64,000 bases of DNA, taken from an uncultured Gammaproteobacteria bacterium (GTDB lineage: Bacteria > Patescibacteriota > Microgenomatia > UBA10105). Made by a program: the position numbers and the translations under genes. This document shows positions 39,314-49,956 of this stretch, piece by piece (the first letter of the stretch is position 1; the number at the start of each line of letters is the position of its first letter). Where the stretch lies: positions 1,324 to 65,323 of the forward strand of contig CAYPMW010000002.1 in the NCBI GenBank assembly GCA_964412165.1, in the 5' to 3' direction. The notes under the pieces were generated by a model. The model was given only the letters and a program-made list of their open reading frames with translations. It did not search any database and was not told where the DNA came from.

Positions 39314-40894
39314 ATGAATAAAACGTACTTAATAATACTCCTTGTAGCTGTAATTCTTGGTGGAGTTTTTCTTTTTTTAAGGCAACTTGGGAACATCAAC
39401 CCGAAGGGAGAATTTTCTTCCGAAGTAACGAAAGCAAATAGTACTAAACCTCAAGAAATTGTGTCCCTCAAATATGGCGATACTTATAACTTAACCGCCA
39501 GTGTTGTCAAAAAATCTATAAACGGGCAAGAGATGAAAATGCTCGCCTACAATGGCTCAATTCCAGGTCCACTCATCAAAGTTCCTCAAGGAGCGCAAAT
39601 CACTATTAAGTTTACAAATAATACCGATGTTGACTCAACAATTCATTCGCACGGAGTCAGAGTTGATAACAAATTTGATGGCGTTCCCGATTTAACCCAG
39701 CATCCGGTAAAACCAGGGCAATCGTTTATCTATACGCTTAAATTCCCAGACGCAGGTGTTTACTGGTATCACCCACACATTCGCGAGGATTATGCTCAAG
39801 AATTGGGATTGTATGGGAATTTCTTGGTCACACCGAGCACCCCTAATTACTGGGCCGAAGTAGATCGCGAAGAAACTCTTTTCCTGGATGACATTTTGAT
39901 CGAAAACGGGCAAATCGCCAAATTTGATAAATCAGTTGTCGATCACACACTCATGGGTCGATTCGGTAAGACTATGCTTGTGAACGGAGATGATAACTAC
40001 AAGTTATCAGTTAAACAAGGTGAACGAGTTCGCTTCTATATTACCAATGCCGCTAATGCCAGAACTTTTAACTTTGCCATACCTAATACTCGCATGAAAT
40101 TAGTCGGGTCTGATAATGGTAAGTATGAACGAGAGGAATGGATTGATTCGGTAACCATCGGACCATCAGAGCGGCAAATAGTGGAGATCTGGTTTAACCA
40201 GAATGGAGACTACAAAATTGAAAACCAAACTCCTGAAAAAACTTATAATTTAGGGACTATCGCTGTTGCCCAAAATCCCGTTACCGTATCCTATCTAATG
40301 GTACCGCGTACTAATCAAGACGTCATTTATGCAATTGACTCGCTCAGACCTAAGTTTACCAAAGCACCCGATAAAGATATCAAACTCACGCTACAAATGG
40401 GCTCCTCACCTACCGAAGGGAATAATTCTATGGGCGGGCACATGATGGGTAACGGACAAATGATGCAAAACACTCAAATGACTATGGGAGACGTCAAAAA
40501 AATCGAATGGGAAGATGATATGGGGATGATGAATGCGCAATCAACCAAGGATTCTCTTAAGTGGAAACTTGTTGACCAATCAACAAACATGGAGAACATG
40601 GATATTAATTGGCAGTTCAAAAAAGGCGATGTGGTTAAGGTGAAGATTTTCAATGACGATAAATCCATGCACCCGATGCAGCACCCAATTCATATTCATG
40701 GCCAGAGATTTCTGGTACTTTCTACCAATGGCATTAAGAACAATAATCTTGTCTGGAAAGACACCACGCTCATCCAAACTGGCGACACCGTCGAGCTGCT
40801 TGTACAAATGGACAACCCCGGTGACTGGGTCATTCACTGCCATATTCCGGAACACATGGAATCAGGAATGATGAGCGAATTTAAGGTAATATAA
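39314..40894 (+). CDS. Multicopper oxidase
   Basis: HSHG, WYHPH, HPIHIHG, HCHIPEH..GMM; Met-rich insert. Confidence 0.96.
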   Translation: MNKTYLIILLVAVILGGVFLFLRQLGNINPKGEFSSEVTKANSTKPQEIVSLKYGDTYNLTASVVKKSINGQEMKMLAYNGSIPGPLIKVPQGAQITIKFTNNTDVDSTIHSHGVRVDNKFDGVPDLTQHPVKPGQSFIYTLKFPDAGVYWYHPHIREDYAQELGLYGNFLVTPSTPNYWAEVDREETLFLDDILIENGQIAKFDKSVVDHTLMGRFGKTMLVNGDDNYKLSVKQGERVRFYITNAANARTFNFAIPNTRMKLVGSDNGKYEREEWIDSVTIGPSERQIVEIWFNQNGDYKIENQTPEKTYNLGTIAVAQNPVTVSYLMVPRTNQDVIYAIDSLRPKFTKAPDKDIKLTLQMGSSPTEGNNSMGGHMMGNGQMMQNTQMTMGDVKKIEWEDDMGMMNAQSTKDSLKWKLVDQSTNMENMDINWQFKKGDVVKVKIFNDDKSMHPMQHPIHIHGQRFLVLSTNGIKNNNLVWKDTTLIQTGDTVELLVQMDNPGDWVIHCHIPEHMESGMMSEFKVI

Positions 40895-40898
40895 AAAT

Positions 40899-41375
40899 AT
40901 GCTTCATAATAAGCTAGCCAAGAAACATACATATTATAATAACCAATTTTTTGGGAAATGGGCCAGATTTTATGATTATGAAAAATACTTTATGTTTCCG
41001 ATAAGACAAAAGGCAGCCAAATTTTTCCCTCTCAAAGCACCTGCCAAAATTATTGATGTAGCTACAGGCACTGGTGCTCAAGCATATGAGTTGGCGAAAC
41101 TGGGGTTGGATGTGACGGGTGTTGATTTATCGCCTGAAATGCTAGAACAGGCAAAAAAGAAGGGCTCAATCTTGATCGTTGATTACATGGAACCAAGAAA
41201 ACATGTGGTAGGATGGTTGACGCATCCTCTTATTAAGCTATATGAAACTCCTCATTACGACCTTTTCATTAAAAAAGGTCTTGAACGATACTTACGTCAA
41301 GTTGATCATAAAATCAACTGTTATACTCACTTTTTGGGAATAGTCCAAATCGCGCTAATTACAAATACAAAGTAA
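40899..41375 (+). pseudogene. Class I SAM methyltransferase, likely internally deleted
   Basis: DVATGTG and GVDLSPEML, then jumps directly to ILIVDY. Confidence 0.65.
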
Positions 41376-41379
41376 ACAG

Positions 41380-41514
41380 ATTGAAAAGAATGTTTATGTG
41401 ATGGGAAAAAGAGATAGACTATTCCATGCTCTTTTAAATATCGTCAATAATGCTATTAAATATAATGAAGGTAAAGGCACTACCATTAGTGCTACATTCC
41501 CGCGAACAAATTAA
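41380..41514 (+). pseudogene. Histidine kinase ATPase-domain remnant
   Basis: RLFHALLNIVNNAIKY fused to GKGTTISATFP*. Confidence 0.7.
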
Positions 41515-41593
41515 GAACTCCTCATTTCTTATTCATCAAATCTTAATCCTCAACTTGATAAGATTTGTTCAATCAGAAAATAACTCCCACTAA

Positions 41594-41614
41594 CCCCCTC
41601 TTATAAAGAGGGGG
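41594..41614. promoter_or_regulatory. GC-tract palindrome upstream of the copper operon
   Basis: CCCCCTCTT-ATA-AAGAGGGGG; operator or REP-like hairpin. Confidence 0.4.
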
Positions 41615-41632
41615 AACTAATTTGAAAAGAGT

Positions 41633-43492
41633 ATGAAAATGAACAAAACCACTGTTCCCATCAAAGGTATGCACTGCCGCTCATGTGAGCTCTTAATTGA
41701 AGATGAAGTATCTCAAATTCCCGGAGTCACCAAAGTTGAAGTCAGCGAAAAAAAGGCTTGTGCCATCGTTCACTTTGAAAATATACTCAATGCTGCAGAC
41801 ATTGAAGGCGCAGTGAAGAAAGCCGGTTATGAAGTTGGTTTTAATGAGACGAAACCGTGGATTTCCAGAAAGCTAGATGACTATCTGGATATTTTTTATG
41901 CCGTTTTTGTACTTGGTGCATTATACGTTGTCGTCAGTATTTTAGGCCTCACAAAGATTTTTGCGACCGGCGCGGGACATCCAACTAATTTAATCACCGT
42001 TCTGATGATTGGTTTAACTGCGGGATTATCCACTTGTATGGCACTCATTGGCGGTTTGATACTTGGAGTTTCAGCCAGATTTTCGGAAATACATCCTGCT
42101 GCAACTGGTATGGAAAAATTCAAACCGCACTTATTTTTTAATGCAGGCAGGATCGTGTCATACATATTTTTTGGTGGAGTTATCGGTCTTTTAGGCTCAA
42201 TGTTTCAGCTTTCCGGGTTTTCATTGGGTCTTATGACGTTAGCCGTTGCTTTGGTTATGTTGACACTTGGTATGCAACTAACAGGATTATTTCCCCGCCT
42301 TGAAAATTTTAAACTTACATTACCTCCAACCATTGGAAAACTACTTGGATTCCAAAGTCAACAAAATCAAGAATATAGTCATAAAAATGCGTTTGTTATG
42401 GGAGCTACCACCTTTTTCCTTCCCTGTGGTTTTACCCAGGCAATGCAACTATATGCTATTTCTACAGGTAATTTTCTATCTGGGGCTCTTATCATGGGAG
42501 TATTTGCTCTCGGAACCGCCCCTGGGCTTTTAGGAATTGGAGGACTCACGTCAGTTATTAAAGGCTTATTTGCCCAAAAGTTTTTCAAATTTGCAGGAGT
42601 AGTTGTCGTTGCTTTGTCTCTTTTCAATCTCAATAATGGTTTAAATCTTATTGGAGTAAGTCCAACCAGTCTCTTCGAAAATGGAACAAATGTACTTGCT
42701 GCTTTCGATGATACTACTACCGAAATACAAGGAAACACCCAAGTAGTAAGAATGAAACAGTCTGCATCAGGGTATGAACCTAATTCCTTTACAATCACCA
42801 AGGGCGTACCGGTCAAATGGATCGTAACTTCAACTGATCCAAATAGTTGCGCAGCGTCTATTCTGGCTTCAAAAATTGGAGTCCGCGCAAATATGCATCC
42901 TGGAGAAAATGTGTTTGAATTTACTCCCACAGAAACAGGAAAAATTCCCTTCTCTTGTATGATGGGCATGTTTCGAGGGTCGTTTACCGTGATTGAAAAC
43001 ACAGGAAAGCCAACCGCTGCTGCGGAAATAAAAGGTGAAACAAATCCTGCACTTGCTCAAGCAGCCGGCTTGCCCACCGACTTGTCCGCCGGAGCGCGAG
43101 CGCAGGTGGAAGCTTTAGCGAAGGCAGGAAGCTGCGGATCAGGTGGATGTGGATGTGGCGGTAGAGCTGCCGCCAAAGTACCTGCGAATGCAACCCCTGA
43201 ACCAGCAGCGTTAAAAGGTGATACTCAAATAATCAAAGCAACTTATACAGTCAGTGGTGACATAACGCCAAAAGTATTCACGGTTAAAAAAGGCAGCAAA
43301 GTCCGCTTTGAAGTAACTGCAAAAGACGATGGGTATGGCTGCATGAGTTCGATCATGATCCCAAGAATCACGTCTCCTCAACTATTAGAAAAAGATAAAA
43401 CACTCATTCTTGAGTTTACTCCGAACAAAACTGGAGATTTACCAATCACCTGTGCAATGGGAATGCAACGAGGAAGTATCAGGGTAATTTAA
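41633..43492 (+). CDS. HMA + DsbD_2/TauE-like membrane domain + two cupredoxin-like domains
   Basis: GMHCRSC, STCMAL.GG, LPCG, FSCMMGM, ITCAMGM. Confidence 0.88.
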   Translation: MKMNKTTVPIKGMHCRSCELLIEDEVSQIPGVTKVEVSEKKACAIVHFENILNAADIEGAVKKAGYEVGFNETKPWISRKLDDYLDIFYAVFVLGALYVVVSILGLTKIFATGAGHPTNLITVLMIGLTAGLSTCMALIGGLILGVSARFSEIHPAATGMEKFKPHLFFNAGRIVSYIFFGGVIGLLGSMFQLSGFSLGLMTLAVALVMLTLGMQLTGLFPRLENFKLTLPPTIGKLLGFQSQQNQEYSHKNAFVMGATTFFLPCGFTQAMQLYAISTGNFLSGALIMGVFALGTAPGLLGIGGLTSVIKGLFAQKFFKFAGVVVVALSLFNLNNGLNLIGVSPTSLFENGTNVLAAFDDTTTEIQGNTQVVRMKQSASGYEPNSFTITKGVPVKWIVTSTDPNSCAASILASKIGVRANMHPGENVFEFTPTETGKIPFSCMMGMFRGSFTVIENTGKPTAAAEIKGETNPALAQAAGLPTDLSAGARAQVEALAKAGSCGSGGCGCGGRAAAKVPANATPEPAALKGDTQIIKATYTVSGDITPKVFTVKKGSKVRFEVTAKDDGYGCMSSIMIPRITSPQLLEKDKTLILEFTPNKTGDLPITCAMGMQRGSIRVI

Positions 43493-43502
43493 AAAGATTT
43501 AG

Positions 43503-43709
43503 ATGACACAAACAATAACACTAAAAGGTTTAACCTGTGACGTCTGCGTCAAACTTATCATCAAAAAATTTATGCGAATTCCTGGAGTCGCCTCTACTCG
43601 AGTGACGCTTGATGGCTTAGCTCATGTTGAAGCAAGTCGCACGATTCCCGCAAATGAATACAAACAGGTTTTAACTGGCCTTCCGTACCAAGTAGTAACA
43701 GTTGCATAA
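43503..43709 (+). CDS. CopZ-like metal chaperone
   Basis: GLTCDVC; 68 aa. Confidence 0.85.
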   Translation: MTQTITLKGLTCDVCVKLIIKKFMRIPGVASTRVTLDGLAHVEASRTIPANEYKQVLTGLPYQVVTVA

Positions 43710-43717
43710 GAAGATTT

Positions 43718-46700
43718 ATGACACAACAAATTGCACTAAAAATTGACGGTATGCACTGCGCTTCATGTGAGACATTGATTGGTGAAGAATTGAGAGAAAC
43801 TTCTGGCGTATCGGGCGTATCGGTGAGTGCCAAAGAAAAAGTAGCCAGGTTACTACTAGACATGGAAAAAGCTTCTATAGAAGATGTTTTGGCTGCAGTT
43901 GATCGGGCTGGTTATAAAGCCACTGTCGCCAATCTTCAAACCCAAGTCATAGATCAACCTCAATTGGTAGTAAGAAATCAATCAAGCCGAAAACCAATGA
44001 AAATCCAGTTTGAATCACATCTCAAGGCTGAAGGTAAAATTCTTCAGGACGAAAGTGGTAAAGCATATTTTGACGGCAGCATTCGAAATGATAGAAAAGC
44101 AGTCGTTTCTGCTCATAAAGAAGATTTAGGATCAGAAGAAAAAGTAGGTCAATTGGTAAATAGTTTTGGTATGGTGGAAATTTTCAATGCAAATTTTTCC
44201 ACACCCAAAACTAATGGACACAGGAATGGAATAGGGAATTATTCTTCGAGCGAAGGAACGTTAGCGACTGAGTCGAGAAGTAACCTTAATCAAAGTACAG
44301 TTCTCGACTCCGCTTCGCTCCGCTCGAACAATAAGGGCCGGAACAAACGCATTAAACTTTCGCTTACGGGAATGCATTGTGCATCATGTGCAGGTTTAAT
44401 AGAACGATCGCTCAAAAAGGTAAACGGTGTCAAAGAAGCAAATGTTAATTTTGCTGCTGAAAAAGCCAGTGTCGTATTTGATGAAACCCAAACTTCAATT
44501 GACAATCTGACCGAAGCTGTAAAAAAGGTCGGTTACAGAGCTGCTTATCAAGAACAGGAAAATCCAGAACTTGAACGAAAAAAACGTCATGCAGAAATTA
44601 AACAGTTGTTTAACAAATTCTTGGGCAGCTTTATAATAAGCTCCCCAATGCTTTACTTTATGTTCTTTGACTTTTTTTCAGGACTGCCCGGTAAAGCATT
44701 TTTGACACCTTTAATTGGACTTATTTCTTTAGTGCTTGCTACTCCGGTGCAATTTTTATTTGGTGCCTCATTTTATAAAGGCATGTGGTCGGCACTCCGG
44801 ATGAAAACGTTTAACATGGATAGCTTGATCGCTATTGGAACCTCAACTGCGTTCTTTTATTCACTGATAAATTATGGACTCTACGCGCTCACTAAAGGAT
44901 CATTGTTTGGGGTTGGTGGAGAAAAAATACCTGAACTCTATTTTGAAACTGCGGCATTTTTGATTACATTCGTAATTTTGGGTAAATGGCTGGAAAAACG
45001 GGCCAAAGGAAAAACTTCAGATGCCATTAAAAAACTCATGGGTCTCCAAGCAAAAACGGCTCGCGTATTACGCTTTGCGAGCCGTCCTGAACGAAGTGAA
45101 GGACCCCCGTACCTTCAGGATGACAAAGTATTTATGGATATTCCCGTTGATCAGGTTGTAAATGGCGACACAATTCTTGTTCGTCCCGGAGAAAAAGTTC
45201 CGGTTGATGGAAAAATTATCAAAGGTTCCTCCGCCGTGGATGAATCAATGCTCACCGGTGAAAGTTTACCAGTTGAAAAGAATATCAATGACATAGTAAT
45301 TGGTGCTACCATCAATAAGACTGGTAGTTTTGAGTTCATGGCTACTCGAGTCGGTTCTGAAACTGCGCTGGCGCAAATCATCCGCCTGATTGAAGAAGCT
45401 CAAGGCTCCAAAGCGCCCATTCAAGCGTTTGCTGACAAAATATCCGCATATTTCGTACCGGCTGTTATAGGCATTGCTATTTTGACTTTTGTGGTCTGGT
45501 ATTTCTTACTTGGCTCAACACTCGCATTTGCTTTGATGGCATTTACTGCAGTAATTGTCATTGCCTGTCCCTGCGCACTGGGTCTAGCCACCCCAACAGC
45601 ATTGATGGTGGGAACTGGTAAAGGGGCTGAACAAGGAATTTTAATAAAGGGTGGTGAACCACTCGAAGGAGCCTGCAAAGTTAATGCAGTGGTTTTTGAT
45701 AAAACAGGTACTTTAACAAATGGTAAGCCAGCGGTTACAGATACACTGAGTCTTTCCGAGCTTGATGAAGATGAAGTGATTGAAATTGCAGCCTCCCTTG
45801 AAAAATCTTCGGAACACCCTTTAGCTGAGGCAATCGTCAATTATGCTGAGGAAGAAACAATCAATACAACTGAAGTGAATAACTTTAAAGCTATTCCCGG
45901 ACACGGAGTACGAGGCGTGGTCAACGGAAACCTCTATTACATGGGTAATAGAAAGCTTATTGAAGACGTTGCTCAACTTGAAGTTGGTCGAATAAACCGT
46001 AAATTGGAACGACTTGAGGAGCAGGGCAAAACTGCCATGATTCTTACATCTGCCGAAAAAGTCTTAGGAATTGTAGCGGTCGCAGATACCGTCAAGGAAA
46101 CATCTCGTGAGGCAGTGGAAGCATTGAAGATTCGCAAAATTGATGTCTGGATGATTACGGGCGACAATAGACGTACTGCTTTGACGATAGCTAAAGAGGT
46201 TGGTATATCAGAACAATATGTTATGGCCGAAGTTCTACCTCAAAATAAGGCCGAAGCAGTACGTAAACTTCAAGTACCAAATACCAATTTCCAAACAGAG
46301 AAAAGAAATTTTATTTTTAGAATTTTGAATTTATTTGGAATTTGGAATTTGGAATTTGATAATTCCCACAAACGTACTGTTGCGTTTGTGGGCGATGGTA
46401 TCAATGATGCGCCAGCTTTAGCTCAGGCAGATATTGGCATTGCTATGGGATCAGGCACTGATGTGGCCATGGAGACTGGCGGTATTGTAATTATCAAAAA
46501 CGACTTACGTGATGTGGTGAAAGCATTTGATTTGTCAAAAGAAACGATGCAAAAGATCAAACAGAATATGTTTTTTGCGCTCTTCTACAACGTGATCGGT
46601 ATCCCCATTGCCGCCCGTGTATTCATGGGCATTGGATTAGTACTTAAACCAGAATTGGCAGGTCTAGCTATGGCACTTTCATCGGTCTCCGTGGTCACCA

Positions 46701-47269
46701 ACTCACTGCTTATTAAATACTTCAGACCGGGAAAACGAAATTACGTTTCACTTTTTGCGCCAGTTGCGATGACTGCAATTTTCCTATTTGTGTTTTTTGA
46801 ATTTGGTAGAATTAGCTCATCGATGGGTGAAGTGAAAATGGCTGAAGCGAAAACAGAAACAACGATGACTGGAACAAGTCCAGTTAACTCCCAACTTGTT
46901 GCAGCCTTTGCAGCAAGCAACCCAAACAAAATTGCCTTTGACGGAAAAACTCCAAAATATTTTATGGGTATCTCTTCATGGATTACTGAAGCACCAGTTG
47001 CCGAAGGAAAACTTGAGCTATCTGATACAGATGTGATTATTGGCGCAATAGAAGCGGAAGAGATGCGCGAAGAGAAATTGTTCAATAAAGCAGGAGATAC
47101 AATTCCCTATTTCTTTGGGCTACCACAAGTTCGCGTAGCAGCAGTTCTTGCACCTACCGGAACAGTAATCGATGAGTACCATTTTGTAAATCAAAATGCC
47201 ATAAATCAAATAGCCGCTAAACCATTAAACGTTCAAAACGTTGATGGGATAATAACATTTTCTCAATGA
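43718..47269 (+). CDS. copA: Cu(I)-translocating P1B-type ATPase
   Basis: Two [34 protein letters not shown]; C-terminal extension. Confidence 0.96.
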   Translation: MTQQIALKIDGMHCASCETLIGEELRETSGVSGVSVSAKEKVARLLLDMEKASIEDVLAAVDRAGYKATVANLQTQVIDQPQLVVRNQSSRKPMKIQFESHLKAEGKILQDESGKAYFDGSIRNDRKAVVSAHKEDLGSEEKVGQLVNSFGMVEIFNANFSTPKTNGHRNGIGNYSSSEGTLATESRSNLNQSTVLDSASLRSNNKGRNKRIKLSLTGMHCASCAGLIERSLKKVNGVKEANVNFAAEKASVVFDETQTSIDNLTEAVKKVGYRAAYQEQENPELERKKRHAEIKQLFNKFLGSFIISSPMLYFMFFDFFSGLPGKAFLTPLIGLISLVLATPVQFLFGASFYKGMWSALRMKTFNMDSLIAIGTSTAFFYSLINYGLYALTKGSLFGVGGEKIPELYFETAAFLITFVILGKWLEKRAKGKTSDAIKKLMGLQAKTARVLRFASRPERSEGPPYLQDDKVFMDIPVDQVVNGDTILVRPGEKVPVDGKIIKGSSAVDESMLTGESLPVEKNINDIVIGATINKTGSFEFMATRVGSETALAQIIRLIEEAQGSKAPIQAFADKISAYFVPAVIGIAILTFVVWYFLLGSTLAFALMAFTAVIVIACPCALGLATPTALMVGTGKGAEQGILIKGGEPLEGACKVNAVVFDKTGTLTNGKPAVTDTLSLSELDEDEVIEIAASLEKSSEHPLAEAIVNYAEEETINTTEVNNFKAIPGHGVRGVVNGNLYYMGNRKLIEDVAQLEVGRINRKLERLEEQGKTAMILTSAEKVLGIVAVADTVKETSREAVEALKIRKIDVWMITGDNRRTALTIAKEVGISEQYVMAEVLPQNKAEAVRKLQVPNTNFQTEKRNFIFRILNLFGIWNLEFDNSHKRTVAFVGDGINDAPALAQADIGIAMGSGTDVAMETGGIVIIKNDLRDVVKAFDLSKETMQKIKQNMFFALFYNVIGIPIAARVFMGIGLVLKPELAGLAMALSSVSVVTNSLLIKYFRPGKRNYVSLFAPVAMTAIFLFVFFEFGRISSSMGEVKMAEAKTETTMTGTSPVNSQLVAAFAASNPNKIAFDGKTPKYFMGISSWITEAPVAEGKLELSDTDVIIGAIEAEEMREEKLFNKAGDTIPYFFGLPQVRVAAVLAPTGTVIDEYHFVNQNAINQIAAKPLNVQNVDGIITFSQ

Positions 47270-47577
47270 GAGATACTATGTCGGCCAAAGGCCGATCCGT
47301 CTTTGGCGGAAAATACAAATCTGAAATTCTGACACTTCTTACTGTATCCCGTGAAGAGGTTTCAGAAATCATAAGTGTTTATGAACGCACATCTGATTAT
47401 CATCAGGTTTCAGAGAAAAATCGTAACGTCTTAGATTTGATGCGTAAGGCAAATAACTTGCTCATCAAACACCACCTGAAAAAGTGCGTACCACAGCTTC
47501 TGGCACAAAGAAAAACTGCTGAAGGGATTAAACAAATCGTACTTTCTTACAAATACTTGCGGTTAGGAGGGTTATGA
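47266..47577 (+). CDS. CsoR/RcnR-like protein, divergent
   Basis: [11 protein letters not shown] resembles the CsoR HLxxCV motif; directly after copA. Confidence 0.65.
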   Translation: MRDTMSAKGRSVFGGKYKSEILTLLTVSREEVSEIISVYERTSDYHQVSEKNRNVLDLMRKANNLLIKHHLKKCVPQLLAQRKTAEGIKQIVLSYKYLRLGGL

Positions 47578-48092
47578 GTAAAAATAGACAAACCAAAGAT
47601 AAATCTGTTTTTTGGATCATCGGCGGGATTACTGCACTCGCAATTATTGCCATCGGTTTTGTGGCCTTCAGTGAATCAAAAAGTCAGGTGCAAGTCACTT
47701 CATACGAAACTACGAGCACTTCCCGGCCCAAAGTTGTTGTTGCTTCACATTTTCAAAACTTGGGGGTAATGAAAGAGACAGATGAGAAAACTGCAGAATT
47801 TACGATTGAAAATATGGGCGATAAACCATTACAACTTTTCAAAGTCACCTCATCCTGCGGTTGCACATTTGGATCAGTCACTATCAATGGACAAAAGAGT
47901 CCTGAATTTAGTATGCATAGTAAAAGTAACTGGTCGGGTGAGCTTGCACCTCGTCAAAAAGCAACCGTATCTGTCACCTACAAACCAAATATTATGCCAG
48001 TTAAAGGTGAAGTAACAAGAGATGTGTATGTCAGTACAAATGATCCTGATGATAAAGAACTGACATTTACTGTCAAGGCTTATGTTGAATAG
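47574..48092 (+). CDS. DUF1573-like membrane-anchored protein
   Basis: F.IEN.GDKPL...V.SSCGCT; TNDP. Confidence 0.85.
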   Translation: MSKNRQTKDKSVFWIIGGITALAIIAIGFVAFSESKSQVQVTSYETTSTSRPKVVVASHFQNLGVMKETDEKTAEFTIENMGDKPLQLFKVTSSCGCTFGSVTINGQKSPEFSMHSKSNWSGELAPRQKATVSVTYKPNIMPVKGEVTRDVYVSTNDPDDKELTFTVKAYVE

Positions 48093-48099
48093 AGAAAAT

Positions 48100-48167
48100 G
48101 TCATCCTGGCTTGTCCAGGATCCATTCCTGGTTCGGATTCTGGACGTACTTCGTTTGCCAGAATGAC
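48100..48167. repeat. Intergenic palindromic element GTCATCCTG...CAGAATGAC
   Basis: Terminal inverted repeat with two inner hairpins; related to 45081-45124. Confidence 0.75.
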
Positions 48168-48194
48168 GAACTAATCAAGTTAAAATTCTAATAT

Positions 48195-49001
48195 ATGGAT
48201 TCAAACCTTTTGTTTGGAGTGTCTTTAACTGCGGCGTTTATAGGTGGCATGGTAGCGCTTTTTGCTCCCTGCTGCATCACGTTTTTATTTCCTTCTTATT
48301 TAGGCACTATTTTCAAAGAACGCAGTCGCGTGGTATTTTTGACGCTAATTTTTGCATTGGGCTTGGGGATAATCTTAGTACCAGTTGCGTTGGGATTTCG
48401 TTTTGCCGTTTCATTTTTTGATACATTCCACACGACTATTTATCTTTTGGGCGCACTAGTAATGTTTATAGTAGGACTTATGACTTTGTTTGATACAAAG
48501 CTAATGCTCCCGCTACCACGCTACACCATGCCTGAAAAAACTACGGTTGGTTCAACGTTTTTGCTCGGAATATTTTCCGGCATCACCTCAGCTTGTTGTG
48601 CACCAGTATTGTTTGCAGCTATAACTTTATCCGCACTTTCTCCAACACTTCTGACTTCACTCATCGTATCTTTTGTGTATGTTTTGGGAATTGTTTTCCC
48701 TTTATTTCTCCTTTCATTATTTTACGAAAAAATAACCAATCAGTATCTGTACGACTTCAAGAAAAAAACCGAGCAGCCACTTAAACTGCTCGCAGCCAGT
48801 ACCTTTCTCATTTCCTCAGTAGTTATAACAGTACTGGCTCTAACAGGAAAAATCCAGATGGAATCAAGTGACGCATATAGTAACCAGTTGCGAGCGCTTA
48901 TTTATAATCTTTCTGGCTATTTCCGTAACCCAGTTTTTGATATGCTGATTGTAGCTCTCGCGATTGCATTTATCTATTTTGCGATCAAACAAAAGAAATA
49001 A
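48195..49001 (+). CDS. CcdA/DsbD-family membrane protein
   Basis: FAPCC..LFPSY and ACCAPVL motifs. Confidence 0.88.
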   Translation: MDSNLLFGVSLTAAFIGGMVALFAPCCITFLFPSYLGTIFKERSRVVFLTLIFALGLGIILVPVALGFRFAVSFFDTFHTTIYLLGALVMFIVGLMTLFDTKLMLPLPRYTMPEKTTVGSTFLLGIFSGITSACCAPVLFAAITLSALSPTLLTSLIVSFVYVLGIVFPLFLLSLFYEKITNQYLYDFKKKTEQPLKLLAASTFLISSVVITVLALTGKIQMESSDAYSNQLRALIYNLSGYFRNPVFDMLIVALAIAFIYFAIKQKK

Positions 49002-49067
49002 ACATGATGTGAGTGGTACAAAACTTGGGGTTATTGAATTTAATCTCGTAGAGAGGAGGTGACTTTT

Positions 49068-49286
49068 GTGAAACATCTGCCCGTTCCTACAGCGAATGCT
49101 ACAGCCGCAACTGTTGCAGTGATCTACATCGTTTGTGCTCTCGGCGTTTTACTTGTTCCCGATCTTGCAATGACTATCGCACGTTCTTGGTTTCATGGTA
49201 TCGATATAAGGAAACTAACGCTCTCAACGCAAACCAATACAAGTTCACTGGTAGTCGGTGGCCCCACAGGACGATTTAGTTTCTAA
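49068..49286 (+). pseudogene. Probably 3'-truncated small membrane protein (DUF5676-like)
   Basis: YIVCAL...SWFHGID; GGAGGTG RBS; second TM absent. Confidence 0.5.
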
Positions 49287-49419
49287 ATACTACAAAATTT
49301 GTCTTATTTCCTCGATCAACTAGATTCCTATTATTCCTGAAACTTGTTAAAAAGCCTCTCCAAGACACCTCAAAGACCTAGAGAGTGTTTTAAACAACCA
49401 CACGTGTGTGTAAAAACCT

Positions 49420-49956
49420 CTACTTATTTTTTTCCTTGTAGTCGTTGATAGCTTTAACTACTTTACTATCTGTTTTTAGTGCCTCAGTATATAGAATATG
49501 TTTGTTGTTGATCTTGATCTCATCGGTTGGCCCATGGAGTTCATTACCCATCTTGATAAGCGTCAATTCATTTTTTTGTTGAGGTTGGGGACTTCCTTTT
49601 CCTTCTACTTTCACATCACCCTCTTGGGGTGGTACTAATGAATTTTGGACTTTTAAATAATAAACTTCTTTAAGTGTAGCAAACTCAGAATTCAAATCTG
49701 AAACTTTACCAAAATAGACTTGATTATTGGAAAGGAATACAGCTGAATATTCACTCGCTTTAGCATCTGAAATTTTGTTGACAGTTCCAGTAGTAGGTGA
49801 TGTGGTCGTCGATTTTTTACCAAACCATTCAGGTTTCAACAAATATGCTACTCCACCTGCGATGACTAGGACTAAAATAAATACTACCAAACCCCAAATC
49901 CAATTTTTATTCATAGATCCTCTCACAATCCTTTCTGATCGCAGAAAATTTTTCAT
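49420..49956 (-). CDS. Membrane-anchored hypothetical protein
   Basis: TM; AVFLSNNQVYFGK and GNELHGP motifs. Confidence 0.8.
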   Translation of the reverse strand: MKNFLRSERIVRGSMNKNWIWGLVVFILVLVIAGGVAYLLKPEWFGKKSTTTSPTTGTVNKISDAKASEYSAVFLSNNQVYFGKVSDLNSEFATLKEVYYLKVQNSLVPPQEGDVKVEGKGSPQPQQKNELTLIKMGNELHGPTDEIKINNKHILYTEALKTDSKVVKAINDYKEKNK

